Shown piece by piece: positions 19,316 to 29,339 of a DNA stretch of 64,000 bases. The position numbers were made by a program, and so were the translations under genes. Below the pieces are notes generated by a model. That model was not told where the DNA came from and ran no database searches. It saw only the letters and a program-made list of their open reading frames with translations. Within the stretch, counting starts at the first letter, position 1, and each line of letters begins with the position of its first letter. The stretch covers positions 13,892 to 77,891 of the forward strand of contig CAMTVK010000019.1 of assembly GCA_947085185.1 (NCBI GenBank), read 5' to 3'. This stretch comes from Candidatus Fraserbacteria bacterium. GTDB lineage: Bacteria; Bipolaricaulota; Bipolaricaulia; RBG-16-55-9; DRXL01.

Positions 19316-19526
19316 AGTGCAGCTGATTATATACGAAAACCTGGGCCGAGGCGAACAAGCAGGTCATGCCAGGACACCCGTCCCACGCCATCAAGACAAA
19401 TCGCCAGAGAGGTCTCGACAGCAGTCCTTCAGAAGCGGCTTCCTATCGCGTATAACAAAAACACTCAGCCGGAGCCTACGCCCTCTCTCCTCACCAAGGG
19501 CGAGGCCGGCACGGGGGAGGTGCGCC

Positions 19527-20681
19527 GTGGGCACGCCAAAGTTGGTCGTTGCCGTACTCGTGCTGGTTACGCTGGGTATCGTCATGGTCGCCAGCGCCAG
19601 CCTGCCCATCGCTGCCATCCGATACGAACAGCCCTCGTATCTGCTCATAAAACATCTCATCGCGCTCGCCGTGGGACTCTGCGTCTTCTGGATCTGTTGG
19701 CGTTTAGACTATCGAGTCTTCTTGAAGATAGATCATATTGTGCTGCTGGCAGCGCTGGGGTTGACCGCTCTGACGCTCGTTCCTGGGCTGTCCACGCGAG
19801 GGAGCTGGCTGCGCCTGCCTGGCCCATTCCAGCTCCAACCCACAGAATTCTTAAAGCTTGCTCTTGTTATCTCGTGTGCAGCCTTCTGCGTGCGCAAAGA
19901 AGATCGCCTCCACGAGTTCTCCGAAGGCGTCTTGCCTCCCCTCATAGTGACGACCCTCGCGGCCATGATGGCCCTCAAGCAGTCCGATTTCGCTATGGCG
20001 CTCATCTTCTTCCTCATTGTCTTCTGCATGCTCTTTCTCGGGGGTGCTCGGCTGGCGCATCTGGTCGGGATCGTGCTGGCGACCGTGCCCGCCCTGGCTG
20101 CCCTTGTTTGGCTCGCCCCCTATCGCTTCGGACGAGTGCTCGCTTTTCTCGATCCGTTCAAATATAGCACAACTGAGGGCTACCAGTTGGTGCAGTCACT
20201 GACAGCGATCGGATCTGGGGGCCTGATGGGGCGCGGCTTGGGGGAAAGCCGCGGGAAATTGCTCTTCCTGCCAGAGCCGCACAACGATTTTATCTTCTCC
20301 ATTATTGGGGAGGAGCTCGGGCTGATCGGCGGTTTCATCGTGCTCGGGCTGTTCGCGTATCTGACATGGGGGGGATATCTCATTGCGTCGCGGGCAGCGG
20401 ACCGGTTCGGAAGATTGCTCGCAGGAGGGATCACTGTTACTCTTGCGGCGCAAGCGTGTATCAACCTCGGGGTCACCACGGGGATCTTGCCCGTCACCGG
20501 CCTGACCCTGCCGTTCATCAGCTACGGCGGCTCATCGTTGATCGTCTCACTGGCTATGGTTGGGATTCTTGGCAACATCTCACGAAAGGGCTCGCATGTT
20601 GAGAGTCGTCGTCTGTGGGGGCGGGACGGGGGGACATCTCTATCCCGCCCTCGCGATTTTGGAAGGGTTGCGGCACGCTGA
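19527..20681 (+). CDS. ftsW: SEDS peptidoglycan polymerase FtsW
   Basis: QPTEFLK, GYQLVQS, LPEPHNDFIF, LPFISYGGSS; GTG after GGAGG; dcw context. Confidence 0.9.
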   Translation: MGTPKLVVAVLVLVTLGIVMVASASLPIAAIRYEQPSYLLIKHLIALAVGLCVFWICWRLDYRVFLKIDHIVLLAALGLTALTLVPGLSTRGSWLRLPGPFQLQPTEFLKLALVISCAAFCVRKEDRLHEFSEGVLPPLIVTTLAAMMALKQSDFAMALIFFLIVFCMLFLGGARLAHLVGIVLATVPALAALVWLAPYRFGRVLAFLDPFKYSTTEGYQLVQSLTAIGSGGLMGRGLGESRGKLLFLPEPHNDFIFSIIGEELGLIGGFIVLGLFAYLTWGGYLIASRAADRFGRLLAGGITVTLAAQACINLGVTTGILPVTGLTLPFISYGGSSLIVSLAMVGILGNISRKGSHVESRRLWGRDGGTSLSRPRDFGRVAAR

Positions 20682-21747
20682 GCCAAACGCGCGGCTTGTG
20701 TACGTGGGGAGCCGTTACGGACTCGAGGCCACCGTGATGCCGCGCTACAGATGGGTTGAGTTCTATAAGCTCCCCATCCGCGGGATCGCGCGGCCAGGGC
20801 AACGCCCCTGGTGGTTCTGCTGGGCGCTGCTCGCCCTCTTCCAGCTTCCCATCGCGCTCGCGCAAGCACTTCTGATCGTCCTTAGACAGAGACCCCATCT
20901 GATCATCGGCGTTGGGGGCTATGGGGCGTTTGCGCCTGTGCTCTGGGGAATTCTTCTGGGGATCCCGATCTTCTTGCACGAACAGAATTCTGTTCCGGGG
21001 ATAGTGACGCGGCTCTTTGCCCCGTGGGCGAGCAAAGTCTTTCTCACTTACCCACAGACAGCCCGCTATCTGCGAGCGCGCCATGTCGTCGTGACCGGGC
21101 TTCCCATCCGCCCAGAGGTGCTGTCGGCCCGCCCCGACCCCCAGCGGTTCGGCCTGCACCAAGACATAAAAACTGTGCTCGTCTTCGGCGGCAGCCGGGG
21201 ATCCCAGCTCTTAACCGAAACGGCCTGTGAGACAGCGCGCTCTCTAAGTACAGTCCAGTTTCTCATCGTCACGGGATCTTCTTCCCAATCTCCCTGCCCT
21301 CCAAGGGAGAGCCTTGGGGAGAGAGTAGTTCTTGTTCCATACATTCACGAGATGGGCACAGCGCTCTCCACCGCTGATCTTGTGATCTGTCGCGCGGGGG
21401 CAGGGACGCTTGCCGAGCTTGCTGCCTTGCGCAAGCCCGCTATTGTCGTCCCTTGGCCAGGCGCAGCCGCTTCGCACCAGATGGCCAATGCCAACTCTCT
21501 CGCCCATCTCGGCTTGTTCTCTGTAGTGCCAGAGTCCGAACTCACCCCTCAACGACTCGTTGAGGAGATCACAACAGCGCTGCAACGACACGCTGCACTC
21601 TCATCCCATCGAGAGACTCAGCCTCCGGCAGCGCTCACCCATATCCTGCGCGAGGTGTTTTCCGATGCGACCAGAACATACGACACATCTGCACTTTATC
21701 GGAATCGGCGGCGACGGCATGAGTGGGTTGGCCAAAGTCTATTCTGA
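20596..21747 (+). CDS. murG: MurG GlcNAc transferase
   Basis: GGGTGGHLYP, HEQNSVPG, GGSRG, RAGAGT, HQMANA. Confidence 0.95.
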   Translation: MLRVVVCGGGTGGHLYPALAILEGLRHAEPNARLVYVGSRYGLEATVMPRYRWVEFYKLPIRGIARPGQRPWWFCWALLALFQLPIALAQALLIVLRQRPHLIIGVGGYGAFAPVLWGILLGIPIFLHEQNSVPGIVTRLFAPWASKVFLTYPQTARYLRARHVVVTGLPIRPEVLSARPDPQRFGLHQDIKTVLVFGGSRGSQLLTETACETARSLSTVQFLIVTGSSSQSPCPPRESLGERVVLVPYIHEMGTALSTADLVICRAGAGTLAELAALRKPAIVVPWPGAAASHQMANANSLAHLGLFSVVPESELTPQRLVEEITTALQRHAALSSHRETQPPAALTHILREVFSDATRTYDTSALYRNRRRRHEWVGQSLF

Positions 21748-23074
21748 GCTGGGGTTCCGCATCACCGGGTGCAACCTCGAAGAGAACCAGCGCACCCGGC
21801 AGCTGCGCGCCCTGGGCGTGCCCGTGGCTATTGGGCACTCGTCGGACCATCTCCAGAGCGCTACGCACGTCATCGTCTCCTCGGCCATCCCTCCAGATAC
21901 TAAAGAATTGCTCGAAGCCCAACGCTTGGGCCTGCCGATCCTCCATCGCCTCGAGCTGCTGCACGAGCTCACCACACAACGCTTCACCATTGGGGTTGCC
22001 GGCACCCACGGCAAGACGACCACCGCCGCGATGATCGCCACGGTGCTCGAGCGCGCTTGGCTCGATCCCACGTTTGTCATCGGTGCGGCCTCTCCGACGT
22101 TGGGCACTCATGCCCGCTTGGGCATGGGCCCCCATCTCGTCGCGGAAGTGTGCGAGAGCGATGGGCATTTTTTAAAGCTCCACCCGCAGATCGCCGTGAT
22201 TACGAACATCGGTCGAGATCATTTGAATTTCTATGGCAGCGCACAAGCGCTTTGGGCGAGTTTCACCCAATTTGCTCACCAGAGCGATCTGTGCATCGCG
22301 TGCGCCGACGACCCCGGAGCCCGACGCGCCGTCATCGAGGGAGGGGCTCGTCTCTCCATGCCCCTCACCTACAGCATCGAGTGCCCTGCAGACTTGGTCG
22401 CCCATGATATTGTGTTTCATCAATTTCACACGGCGTTTGAGATCTCATGGCGGGGACGCCATGTGGGGCACGTCGAGCTCTTGCACGCCCCTGGCATACA
22501 TAACGTCTATAATGCATTAGCAGCTCTGCTAGTAGGCCGTCAGCTTGGCCTCTCTTTTGCTGATATGGCCGCGCATCTGAGAGACTTCCAGCTCCCAGAA
22601 AGACGCTTCCAAGTGCTCATCAATAATGGGATCACCGTCGTGGATGACTACGCCCATCTTCCCGAACAGATCCAGCGCAACCTCCAAGCGATCCGCCAAA
22701 GCTGGCATCCCGCACGGATCGTCGCGCTCTTCCAGCCCCACCGCTTCACCCGCACGTATTATCTGGGTCGGGAGTTCAGCACGGCATTCGATCTCGCAGA
22801 TACGGTCATCCTGACAGATATCTACCCGGCATTCGAGCGCCCCATCCCCGGCGTGGACGTCGGACTCATTCTCGAGGCCCTGCGCCGTCGGCACCACGCT
22901 GTCGTGTACGTGCCGCGCGGGAAGGATTTCGTGCACCGGCTCAAGGAGCTCTTACGCCCCGGCGATTTCGTCATCGGCTTTGGTGCCGGGGACTTAGGAG
23001 CGGAGCTGCATCGGTTCGCTCGCGCTTGGAATCAGAAAGATCAGGAGGACTCTCATGAAGCTTCGGGAGAGTAA
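21665..23074 (+). CDS. murC: UDP-MurNAc--L-alanine ligase
   Basis: HFIGIGGDGMSGLA, GTHGKTTT, ESDGHF, DDYAHLP, FQPHRFTRT. Confidence 0.95.
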   Translation: MRPEHTTHLHFIGIGGDGMSGLAKVYSELGFRITGCNLEENQRTRQLRALGVPVAIGHSSDHLQSATHVIVSSAIPPDTKELLEAQRLGLPILHRLELLHELTTQRFTIGVAGTHGKTTTAAMIATVLERAWLDPTFVIGAASPTLGTHARLGMGPHLVAEVCESDGHFLKLHPQIAVITNIGRDHLNFYGSAQALWASFTQFAHQSDLCIACADDPGARRAVIEGGARLSMPLTYSIECPADLVAHDIVFHQFHTAFEISWRGRHVGHVELLHAPGIHNVYNALAALLVGRQLGLSFADMAAHLRDFQLPERRFQVLINNGITVVDDYAHLPEQIQRNLQAIRQSWHPARIVALFQPHRFTRTYYLGREFSTAFDLADTVILTDIYPAFERPIPGVDVGLILEALRRRHHAVVYVPRGKDFVHRLKELLRPGDFVIGFGAGDLGAELHRFARAWNQKDQEDSHEASGE

Positions 23075-23960
23075 GCTCTGCGAAGAGCTTCAGAGCCGCC
23101 TCCAAGGGGTCGTCAAAACTCATGAACCCTTGGCACGACATACATCGTTGCGGATCGGCGGCCCGGCAGATTACTTTGTCATTCCCGCTTCGCTCGAAGA
23201 TATCTTGGAGACGCTCGATTTTGCCGGTGAGCACGGCTTGCCGTGGATCGTCCTGGGGAATGGTACCAACGTGCTCTTCCCCGACGAGGGCTATCGAGGA
23301 GTTGTTCTGAAGTTGGGGCCAAGCCTAGGCCGCATCGAACTCCACGAAGACAGAGTGCGCGCCCAAGCGGGAGCCAGCTTGGCCGCCCTGATCTCCCGTG
23401 TTCGTTCTTTGGGGTTGCGCGATCTGGACTTTTTAGTGGGCATCCCTGGCAGCGTCGGTGGCGCTCTCGTCATGAATGCTGGCATCCCCGAGGGGGCTGT
23501 CTCCGACGTGGTCACCAGGGTGGGGGCATTGACTTTTGACAAAAAATTGATTACTCTTACTCCCGAGGAATGTCGCTTCGGCTACCGATCGAGCCGGTTT
23601 CAGGAGGAACGGCTGATCGTGATCGAGGGAGAGTTTGCCTTGGGAAGAGGGAAATCCTGGGATGGTGAGGAGTTACTGAGACGACGCAAGGAGCGCCAGC
23701 CCTTGGGGGTGCCCAGCCCCGGCTGCGTCTTCCGTAACCCGGTGGGGGTGAAGGCCACCGCCGGGCAGCTCATCGAGCGCGCGGGGTTGAAGGGATACCG
23801 GGTAGGCGGCGCGAGTATTTCCGTAAAGCATGCGAACTTTATCGTCAATGAAGGGGGGGCGACCAGTCGAGATGTCCTCCAGCTAATTGACATCGCCCGG
23901 TCGGTTGTGCTTAAATATTGGGGGGTGGAGTTACAGCTGGAGCTCGCCGTCGTCGCCTGA
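23055..23960 (+). CDS. murB: UDP-N-acetylenolpyruvoylglucosamine reductase
   Basis: RIGGPA, GIPGSVGGALVMNAG, GCVFRNP, KHANFIVN. Confidence 0.95.
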   Translation: MKLRESKLCEELQSRLQGVVKTHEPLARHTSLRIGGPADYFVIPASLEDILETLDFAGEHGLPWIVLGNGTNVLFPDEGYRGVVLKLGPSLGRIELHEDRVRAQAGASLAALISRVRSLGLRDLDFLVGIPGSVGGALVMNAGIPEGAVSDVVTRVGALTFDKKLITLTPEECRFGYRSSRFQEERLIVIEGEFALGRGKSWDGEELLRRRKERQPLGVPSPGCVFRNPVGVKATAGQLIERAGLKGYRVGGASISVKHANFIVNEGGATSRDVLQLIDIARSVVLKYWGVELQLELAVVA

Positions 23961-23965
23961 ACGAT

Positions 23966-24655
23966 GTGCGGCGGTTGATCATACAAGCGAGCATCGGGCT
24001 CTTGCTCGGCGTCTTGGCAGCCAGTCGCGTGCCGTGGCAGGAGTATATAGCCGTACGAGAGATCGCCGTCAAGGGTGGTGAGAGGATCCAAGCCGAGGCG
24101 GTCCTGCAGAGATTTCCGATCCAAATCGGAATGAATTGGCTGACGGCCGACACCGAGGCCGCGCGGCAGGCCCTCTTGCGTCTCCCTCCCGTCCGTGAAG
24201 CGCAAGTCGCGCGAGCCCTGTGGGGACGTATTCTCGTCACCATTCACGAACGGGAGCCGCTGGCCGTCGTCCAGCTGGGCAAACAGCTCTTCTGGATGGA
24301 CACCGAAGGAGTCCTCTACCACCAGGCTGAGCAGGCGTTTGGGCCGGTTCTCCTCGAACCAGATGTGCAAGAGACCGAGCGCGGCCCACGCCTGGCCGAT
24401 CTCTTCTTGCTCGTGCCCCTCAGCGCCCTGATGGCCGCGCCGGGGGATTTCTTGAATCGTATCTCTACTGTGCGTTTTGAAGGGAGCTCTATGAGAGTGT
24501 CTCTGCGGAATGGCCCTGACGTCTGGCTGAACGCCTACGACGTGCGGGGGGAATTGCCACGCCTGCAACGGGTGTTGCGCGCGCTGGCCGCTCACAAGCT
24601 GCAGACGGTGGACCTGCGCTTTGAGCGCCTAGTCGTCGTTCGCAAAAGACGGTGA
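23966..24655 (+). CDS. ftsQ: Cell division protein FtsQ/DivIB
   Basis: TM anchor, POTRA-like region, IHEREPLA, terminal VDLRF; lies between murB and ftsA. Confidence 0.8.
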   Translation: MRRLIIQASIGLLLGVLAASRVPWQEYIAVREIAVKGGERIQAEAVLQRFPIQIGMNWLTADTEAARQALLRLPPVREAQVARALWGRILVTIHEREPLAVVQLGKQLFWMDTEGVLYHQAEQAFGPVLLEPDVQETERGPRLADLFLLVPLSALMAAPGDFLNRISTVRFEGSSMRVSLRNGPDVWLNAYDVRGELPRLQRVLRALAAHKLQTVDLRFERLVVVRKRR

Positions 24656-24670
24656 GGTGGTGATCTGGGA

Positions 24671-25933
24671 ATGGGGGAGATCATTGTTGGCTTGGACATT
24701 GGCACCACGAAAGTCGTTGCCCTCGTCTGCAACGTCGAGGACTCGCACATCGAGATCATTGGGATGGGCAAAGCCCCATCTCGCGGGCTCGAGAAGGGCG
24801 TAGTCGTAGACATCGGCGAGACCACAGCTTCGATTAAGCGCGCCATCGAAGAAGCCGAGAACATGGCCGATGTCAAGATCGAGCGCGTCTACGCGGGCAT
24901 CGCGGGAAAACACATCTCTTCGATCAACAACTCTGGGACCGTCTCGATCTCGCGGGACACAAAGATCATTACACTCGATGACGTGCAACGGGTGATCGAC
25001 ACCGCGCAGGCCGTGCAGATCACCCCAGACAGCCAGCTCATCCACGTCATCCCCAGGCAGTATATCGTCGACGGACAAGAGGGAATCACGGACCCCGTCG
25101 GTATGACCGGGACTCGGCTCGAAGTGGACGTGCACATCGTGACCGGCTCGATCACAGCTGTGCATAATATTCGACGCTGCGTGGAAAACCTTGGGATCGA
25201 AGTCGAGCAGATCGTGCTCCAGCCATTGGCCAGCAGTTATGCGATCTTGAACGAGGCCGAAAAAGAGCTTGGCGTCGCCCTGATGGACATCGGGGGCGGG
25301 ACGACCGATATCGCGATCTTCCGCGGCGGCGACATCTGGTTCAGCAAGATCCTGCCCATCGCCGGAGAGCATATCACCAACGACATCGCAGTAGGCCTGC
25401 GAGTCAGCTACGAAGAGGCCGAACGCATCAAGATCCAAGAGGGCCTCCCCAGAATCCTCGACGAAGCCGCCGAAGAAGAACGCATCGAGATCACGACGAT
25501 CAGCGAAGAGAAGAAGCTCATCGCCAAGAGAAAGCTCGCGAAGATCATCGAGCCCAGGCTCGAAGAGCTGTTTGATCTCGCCATGGGAGAGATCGAGAAC
25601 GTCGGGTATCGCGATCTCATCCCTGCGGGGATCGTCCTGACCGGCGGAACTTCGCTGTTGAAAGGGCTCCCGGAGTTCGTCTCCGAGCGCTACGACATCT
25701 CGGTGCGCCGGGGGAGGAACCCTCAGGGGATTCACGGATTGCGAGACATCGTCGAGAGCCCCGTGTATTCTACAGTGATCGGCCTGGTGAAGTACGCCGT
25801 GGAATCGAAGGAGTATCTGCACCGGTTTGGCGAATATTCTAGGCCTCGCTCGTGGGGGATCACCCGCAACCGGGGTTTCTCTGGGCTTTTGGGGAAGTTA
25901 CTGCGCTGGTTCACCCGATTCTTCCGAGGTTAG
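24671..25933 (+). CDS. ftsA: Cell division protein FtsA
   Basis: GLDIGTTK, DPVGMTGTRLE, DIGGGTTD, VLTGG. Confidence 0.96.
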   Translation: MGEIIVGLDIGTTKVVALVCNVEDSHIEIIGMGKAPSRGLEKGVVVDIGETTASIKRAIEEAENMADVKIERVYAGIAGKHISSINNSGTVSISRDTKIITLDDVQRVIDTAQAVQITPDSQLIHVIPRQYIVDGQEGITDPVGMTGTRLEVDVHIVTGSITAVHNIRRCVENLGIEVEQIVLQPLASSYAILNEAEKELGVALMDIGGGTTDIAIFRGGDIWFSKILPIAGEHITNDIAVGLRVSYEEAERIKIQEGLPRILDEAAEEERIEITTISEEKKLIAKRKLAKIIEPRLEELFDLAMGEIENVGYRDLIPAGIVLTGGTSLLKGLPEFVSERYDISVRRGRNPQGIHGLRDIVESPVYSTVIGLVKYAVESKEYLHRFGEYSRPRSWGITRNRGFSGLLGKLLRWFTRFFRG

Positions 25934-25942
25934 GGGGTCTGT

Positions 25943-27022
25943 ATGGGCCGCAACGGGTTGGCACGGATCAAAGTGATCGGCGTTGGAGGCGGGGGCGGCA
26001 ACGCCGTGGACCGCATGAAGAAAGCCAAAGTCAAAGACGTCGAACTGATCGTGGTCAACACCGACGCACAGGTGCTTTCGATCATAGAAGCCGATCGGAC
26101 TGTGCAGATTGGGGCGAAGCTCACCGCGGGATTGGGGGCTGGGGGAAACCCTGAGATTGGACGGAAGGCCGCAGAAGAGTCTGAAGCTGAGCTTGCAGAG
26201 CTGCTCGAAGACACCGATATGGTCTTCCTCACCGTAGGGATGGGTGGGGGCACGGGGACCGGGGCCTCGCCGGTGATCGCGCGGCTGGCCCGCGAGGCCG
26301 GCATCTTGACCGTCGCTATCGTCACCAAGCCCTTCTCGTTTGAGGGGCGGCTCCGAGCAGAGCGCGCCAAAAAGGGCATCGAAGAGCTCCGCCAATACGT
26401 GGACACGCTCATCGCTATCCCCAATGATCGTCTGCTGAAGGTCGCCCCCCCCGATATGCCCTTGGTGAAAGCATTCGAGCTGGCCGACGACATCTTGCGC
26501 CAGGGGGTGCAAGGCATCTCAGATCTGATTACGACCCCAGGGATGATCAATCTCGACTTTGCCGACGTCGAAGCGACGATGCGTAACGCCGGGACGGCCC
26601 TCATGGGTATCGGCGAAGGGGAGGGCGAAAATCGCACCCGCGACGCGGCCCGCAACGCCATCACCAGCCCCCTCCTAGAGGGATCCATCGAAGGGGCTCA
26701 AAAACTCATCTTAAATATTACGGGAGGGCCGGATCTCTCGCTCGAAGAGGTGACCGAGGCCGCATCGCTCGTACAAGACACGCTCTCCGACCAAGCCGAT
26801 ATCTTCTTTGGCGCGGTCGTGCGCGAGGGCTACGACCGAGTGCGGATCACCGTGATCGCCACAGGGTTCAAAGAGCACGAAGAGCTCTCCAAAGAAGAGA
26901 AGATCGAGCGCGGCATAGACGACGAAGAAGAGATGATCGAGAAGGTCGAGCGCAGCATCCGCAAGGCCCATTCCGACGATTGGGACATCCCCACATTCTT
27001 ACGCAAGCGCAAGAACGATTAG
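25943..27022 (+). CDS. ftsZ: Cell division protein FtsZ
   Basis: GVGGGGGNA, GGGTGTG, NLDFAD, C-terminal DIPTFLRK. Confidence 0.98.
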   Translation: MGRNGLARIKVIGVGGGGGNAVDRMKKAKVKDVELIVVNTDAQVLSIIEADRTVQIGAKLTAGLGAGGNPEIGRKAAEESEAELAELLEDTDMVFLTVGMGGGTGTGASPVIARLAREAGILTVAIVTKPFSFEGRLRAERAKKGIEELRQYVDTLIAIPNDRLLKVAPPDMPLVKAFELADDILRQGVQGISDLITTPGMINLDFADVEATMRNAGTALMGIGEGEGENRTRDAARNAITSPLLEGSIEGAQKLILNITGGPDLSLEEVTEAASLVQDTLSDQADIFFGAVVREGYDRVRITVIATGFKEHEELSKEEKIERGIDDEEEMIEKVERSIRKAHSDDWDIPTFLRKRKND

Positions 27023-28149
27023 AAGTCCATTCTGATGGGCATACAGACGTATAAGAAGCCCTGATCCGCTTCGCTGTCCCCTGGCTCAAGCAGCCCGGCA
27101 CTCTCCGCATCCGCCACCCACAGATGCACTTCATCGCTCTGGAGACGCTTGAGCGCATCTATGAGATACTCCGCGCGAAAGCTGATCTTTATAGCTTGGG
27201 CCTTCTTTTTGAGGGGCAGCACCTCGCGGGCTTCGCCCTTCTCCGCTGCTTGAGAGCTGAGCACAAGCTGCGAGTCCTCGACGCTCAAGATGACCGCATT
27301 CGACTCCTCCGCAGCAGTGATCTGTGCCCGCTGCAACGCTTCTAAGAAGAGCTTTCTGTCGAGAGAGAGTCCAATGGGATTTTCTTTGGGGATGACCTTC
27401 TCAAAGTCGGGATAGGCCTCTTCAATGAGCCGCCCCACGAAGACCACCGAGCCGACTTTAAAGAAGAGATAATTTTCAGCGTGATAGAGTTCCGCGTGCT
27501 CGGCATCGAGCTGTGCCATAATACTAACGAGATCGCGCAGGGAGTCCGCGGCGACCAAAAACTCCCCCTCACGAGAGGCCTTCTGCACCAAAGACTCCGC
27601 TTTGAGCGCCAGACGATACCCGTTCGTCGCTACGACCTTGAGCGTCTCTTTCTCAAGGACTATATTGACCCCCGTCAGGCTCAACCGAGACGTCTCGCGC
27701 GCCGACAGCGCCGCATACACGACCAGCTCTAAGCTGCGCTCAAGCTGCTTCTTCCCCACCGTGCAGATGGGCTTCTCCGGCAGCGCTGGGACTTCAGGGT
27801 AGTCCTCCAACGACAGCCGAAAGAGATCGAACGTCGCCCCACCGGAGGTGAGCTCGACTTTCCCCGTGCCGGAGATCGTCTTCAGCTCTACGGTCTCTGC
27901 CGGCAGGGTGCTAGCGATCTTCACCAGCAATTCGCCGTTGAGCACAAGTGCCTCGTCTCCTCCACGGTTCTCTATGGGGACGGAGCACCACAGAGCCCGC
28001 TCCAAGTCGGTCGCGTAGAGCATGAGCTGATGTTTTTTGGTCTCCAGCTTCAGCCCCGCTAAGATGGGCATGCTCGTGGCTTTCCCTAAAGCCCGGCTGA
28101 CGATCTTGACCCCAGAGAGAAATTCATTCCGTCTGCATGAAAACTCCAT
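27019..28149 (-). CDS. dnaN: DNA polymerase III beta clamp
   Basis: MPILAG, ATDLE, VATNGYRLA, YPDFEKVIP, terminal MPIR. Confidence 0.93.
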   Translation of the reverse strand: MEFSCRRNEFLSGVKIVSRALGKATSMPILAGLKLETKKHQLMLYATDLERALWCSVPIENRGGDEALVLNGELLVKIASTLPAETVELKTISGTGKVELTSGGATFDLFRLSLEDYPEVPALPEKPICTVGKKQLERSLELVVYAALSARETSRLSLTGVNIVLEKETLKVVATNGYRLALKAESLVQKASREGEFLVAADSLRDLVSIMAQLDAEHAELYHAENYLFFKVGSVVFVGRLIEEAYPDFEKVIPKENPIGLSLDRKLFLEALQRAQITAAEESNAVILSVEDSQLVLSSQAAEKGEAREVLPLKKKAQAIKISFRAEYLIDALKRLQSDEVHLWVADAESAGLLEPGDSEADQGFLYVCMPIRMDF

Positions 28150-28151
28150 AC

Positions 28152-28784
28152 TTACTCGTTCCCTCCTTGTCGGTGCAGAAGCGACTGAACGATTTCCCAA
28201 ATCTGTTCCGCCAGCTCTTGGGCCGGGCGCGTCGCATCGAGCAAGACGCTGCGCGGGATCTTGTGCGCAAGTTCACAATATCCCTGCCGCACGCGCTCGT
28301 GAAATGCTCGCCCCGCTCGCTCCAACCGATCGAACGCCTCCCTCTTGCGCGCCCGTGCCAGCTCGATGGGAAGATCGAGAATGATCGTGAGAGACGGCTC
28401 TATCCCATCGGTGGCTATCTCGTTCAAGTGCTGCACGAGAGCGAAGTCGAGGCCGCGACCATAGCTCTGATACGCCAAGCTCGCCAAAGCGAAGCGGTCC
28501 GAAAGCACCACGCGCCCGTCTTTGAGCGCCGGACGGAGCACCGCACGGGTCAGCTCGCTGCGCGAGGCCTCATAGAGCAAAAGCTCCGTCATGGGGTCCA
28601 TCTCCAACGGGCGCTCCAGCACAATCTGCCTGATCTGCTCCCCCACAGGGGTAGACCCAGGCTCACGAAGCACAAGGGCCTCGATGCCGTACCCGCGCAA
28701 ACGCTCTTGTAACGCGTGAATCTGCGTAGATTTCCCGCTGCCATCAATCCCCTCAAACACAATGAAGACGCCCTCATGGCTCAT
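28152..28784 (-). CDS. tmk: Thymidylate kinase
   Basis: FEGIDGSGKST, REPG, SDRF, SLAYQ. Confidence 0.95.
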   Translation of the reverse strand: MSHEGVFIVFEGIDGSGKSTQIHALQERLRGYGIEALVLREPGSTPVGEQIRQIVLERPLEMDPMTELLLYEASRSELTRAVLRPALKDGRVVLSDRFALASLAYQSYGRGLDFALVQHLNEIATDGIEPSLTIILDLPIELARARKREAFDRLERAGRAFHERVRQGYCELAHKIPRSVLLDATRPAQELAEQIWEIVQSLLHRQGGNE

Positions 28785-29254
28785 ACGTGCTCCTGCTCAG
28801 TAACACCGTGATGGGCCAGCAGCGCCAAGAGCACCAAGCCCGTCCCAACAACGATCGCCGTGTCGGCGAAATTGAACACAGGCCAACTGAAATCCTGCCA
28901 ACGCAGCTCGAGAAAATCTATGACCGCGCCCCGGGTGAAACGATCTATTAAGTTCCCTAAAGCTCCCCCAGCGATACAGATCAGCCCGACGGTCAGAGCT
29001 CGGCGCTGGGGCCCCCCACACAACAACATCCCCATAATCCCTACGCTGACAATAACCCCAAGAACCGCGATCACACCCCCAAAGCCCTGAAAGAGCCCAA
29101 ACGCCCCCCCCTCATTGGAAGTAAGCGTCAGACGCAAAAATCCATCTATAATTTCGACGGGTCGCCCAGGCTCTAAAGCCCTGAGAGCCAGCGCCTTGCT
29201 CACTTGATCGAGCGCTACTATCCCGGCAATGGCCAACAATCTCCGTCGCCTCAT
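28781..29254 (-). CDS. lspA: Lipoprotein signal peptidase II
   Basis: LDQVSK, NEGGAFG, GGALGNLIDR, VFNFAD. Confidence 0.93.
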   Translation of the reverse strand: MRRRRLLAIAGIVALDQVSKALALRALEPGRPVEIIDGFLRLTLTSNEGGAFGLFQGFGGVIAVLGVIVSVGIMGMLLCGGPQRRALTVGLICIAGGALGNLIDRFTRGAVIDFLELRWQDFSWPVFNFADTAIVVGTGLVLLALLAHHGVTEQEHV

Positions 29255-29339
29255 TGGGCACAGTATAGCGACCAGAACAAGAAAAATCAATTTGCAGTTC
29301 CGTGCTCTTTGCTTTATACTCTAACAGAGGTGAAGCCTG

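Noticed and set aside
23600-26688. Long antisense ORFs (331, 397, 204, 252 aa) over murB-ftsZ
   Set aside because: Typical stop-poor antisense frames of GC-rich conserved genes; no motifs or RBS
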